From: an uncultured virus (IMG/VR IMGVR_UViG_3300028800_000077)
Taxonomy: Duplodnaviria; Heunggongvirae; Uroviricota; Caudoviricetes
Length of the DNA stretch: 64,000 bases
Direction: 5' to 3' (one strand)
Virus record (IMG/VR): IMGVR_UViG_3300028800_000077
Shown here: positions 63,678 through 64,000 of the stretch, piece after piece
Position numbering within the stretch: position 1 is the stretch's first letter
How the letters are laid out: each line of letters starts with the position of its first letter
The notes under the pieces: model-generated
Told to the model about the DNA's origin: nothing
Databases searched by the model: none
The model's input: only the letters and a program-made list of their open reading frames with translations
Translations under genes and position numbers: made by a program

Positions 63678-63843
63678 CCTCGGGATCGCCGGGTGCTCCA
63701 CCATGGTCGCCCCGGCCGACAATGCCTCGGTGTGCGAGGCGCTGCGGCCTGACATGCCGGTGAAGTTCCACGCGACCGATTCCCCGGACACCATCGCGCG
63801 CATTCGCAGGATCAATGCACGCTTTTCAGCCGCCTGCCCTTGA
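63646..63843 (+). CDS. Putative o-spanin-like lipoprotein
   Basis: Lipobox IAG|C; C....P...D...T...I...NA....C. Confidence 0.6.
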   Translation: MTRTIWIVACSLGIAGCSTMVAPADNASVCEALRPDMPVKFHATDSPDTIARIRRINARFSAACP

Positions 63844-63902
63844 GCTATGATGCAGCCTTGGCGGCCCCAAAGACGCCAAGGTGTATCCTCCCTGATACGA
63901 AG

Positions 63903-63935
63903 CGCCGCCGGTCCCCTCAGTCCGGCGGCGTTTTT
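63903..63935 (+). terminator. Rho-independent terminator of late/lysis operon
   Basis: CGCCGCCGG-N10-CCGGCGGCG followed by TTTTT. Confidence 0.8.
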
Positions 63936-64000
63936 CGTTCGTGGCTACTGGTTCGGCCCGAGTTGCACGCCGGTCGAACCCTCTACATCGATGGTGCCCG

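Noticed and set aside
1..64000. Integrase, att site or prophage boundary
   Set aside because: No recombinase motifs or host housekeeping genes recognised; lifestyle cannot be determined from this window

Overview
The window is a large, apparently near-complete part of a GC-rich tailed dsDNA phage genome with a contractile tail. The host is probably alphaproteobacterial (inferred from the style of small accessory genes). No integrase or host genes were recognised. All family calls come from motifs read by eye and none was confirmed by a search. Layout: (i) 1-3.5 kb nucleic-acid metabolism genes (RuvC-like resolvase, GP88-like); (ii) 3.4-6.1 kb a minus-strand operon in which five tandem Y-RNA-like ncRNAs, two with a permuted YrlA-type tRNA module, precede a Ro60/TROVE gene; (iii) 6.5-8.5 kb replication initiator with an internal HNH and probable origin, plus a helicase loader; (iv) 8.5-21 kb small early/accessory genes, punctuated by four near-identical promoter/operator boxes and five copies of a covarying hairpin; (v) 22 kb NusG-type antiterminator; (vi) 23.7-59.7 kb terminase, portal, MuF, DUF2213 protease, capsid, neck, sheath, tube, tape measure, baseplate and fibres; (vii) 59.9-63.9 kb lysis genes with a papain-like protease. 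Three things stand out. First, the Ro60 plus five-Y-RNA array. Second, an apparent capsid-cargo polyprotein system: ART, GNAT and Nudix domains sit in the MuF, a 1506-aa protein and the prohead protease, most behind a repeated short tag that follows a putative A-x-D cleavage site. Third, the repeated structured intergenic element of the early region.
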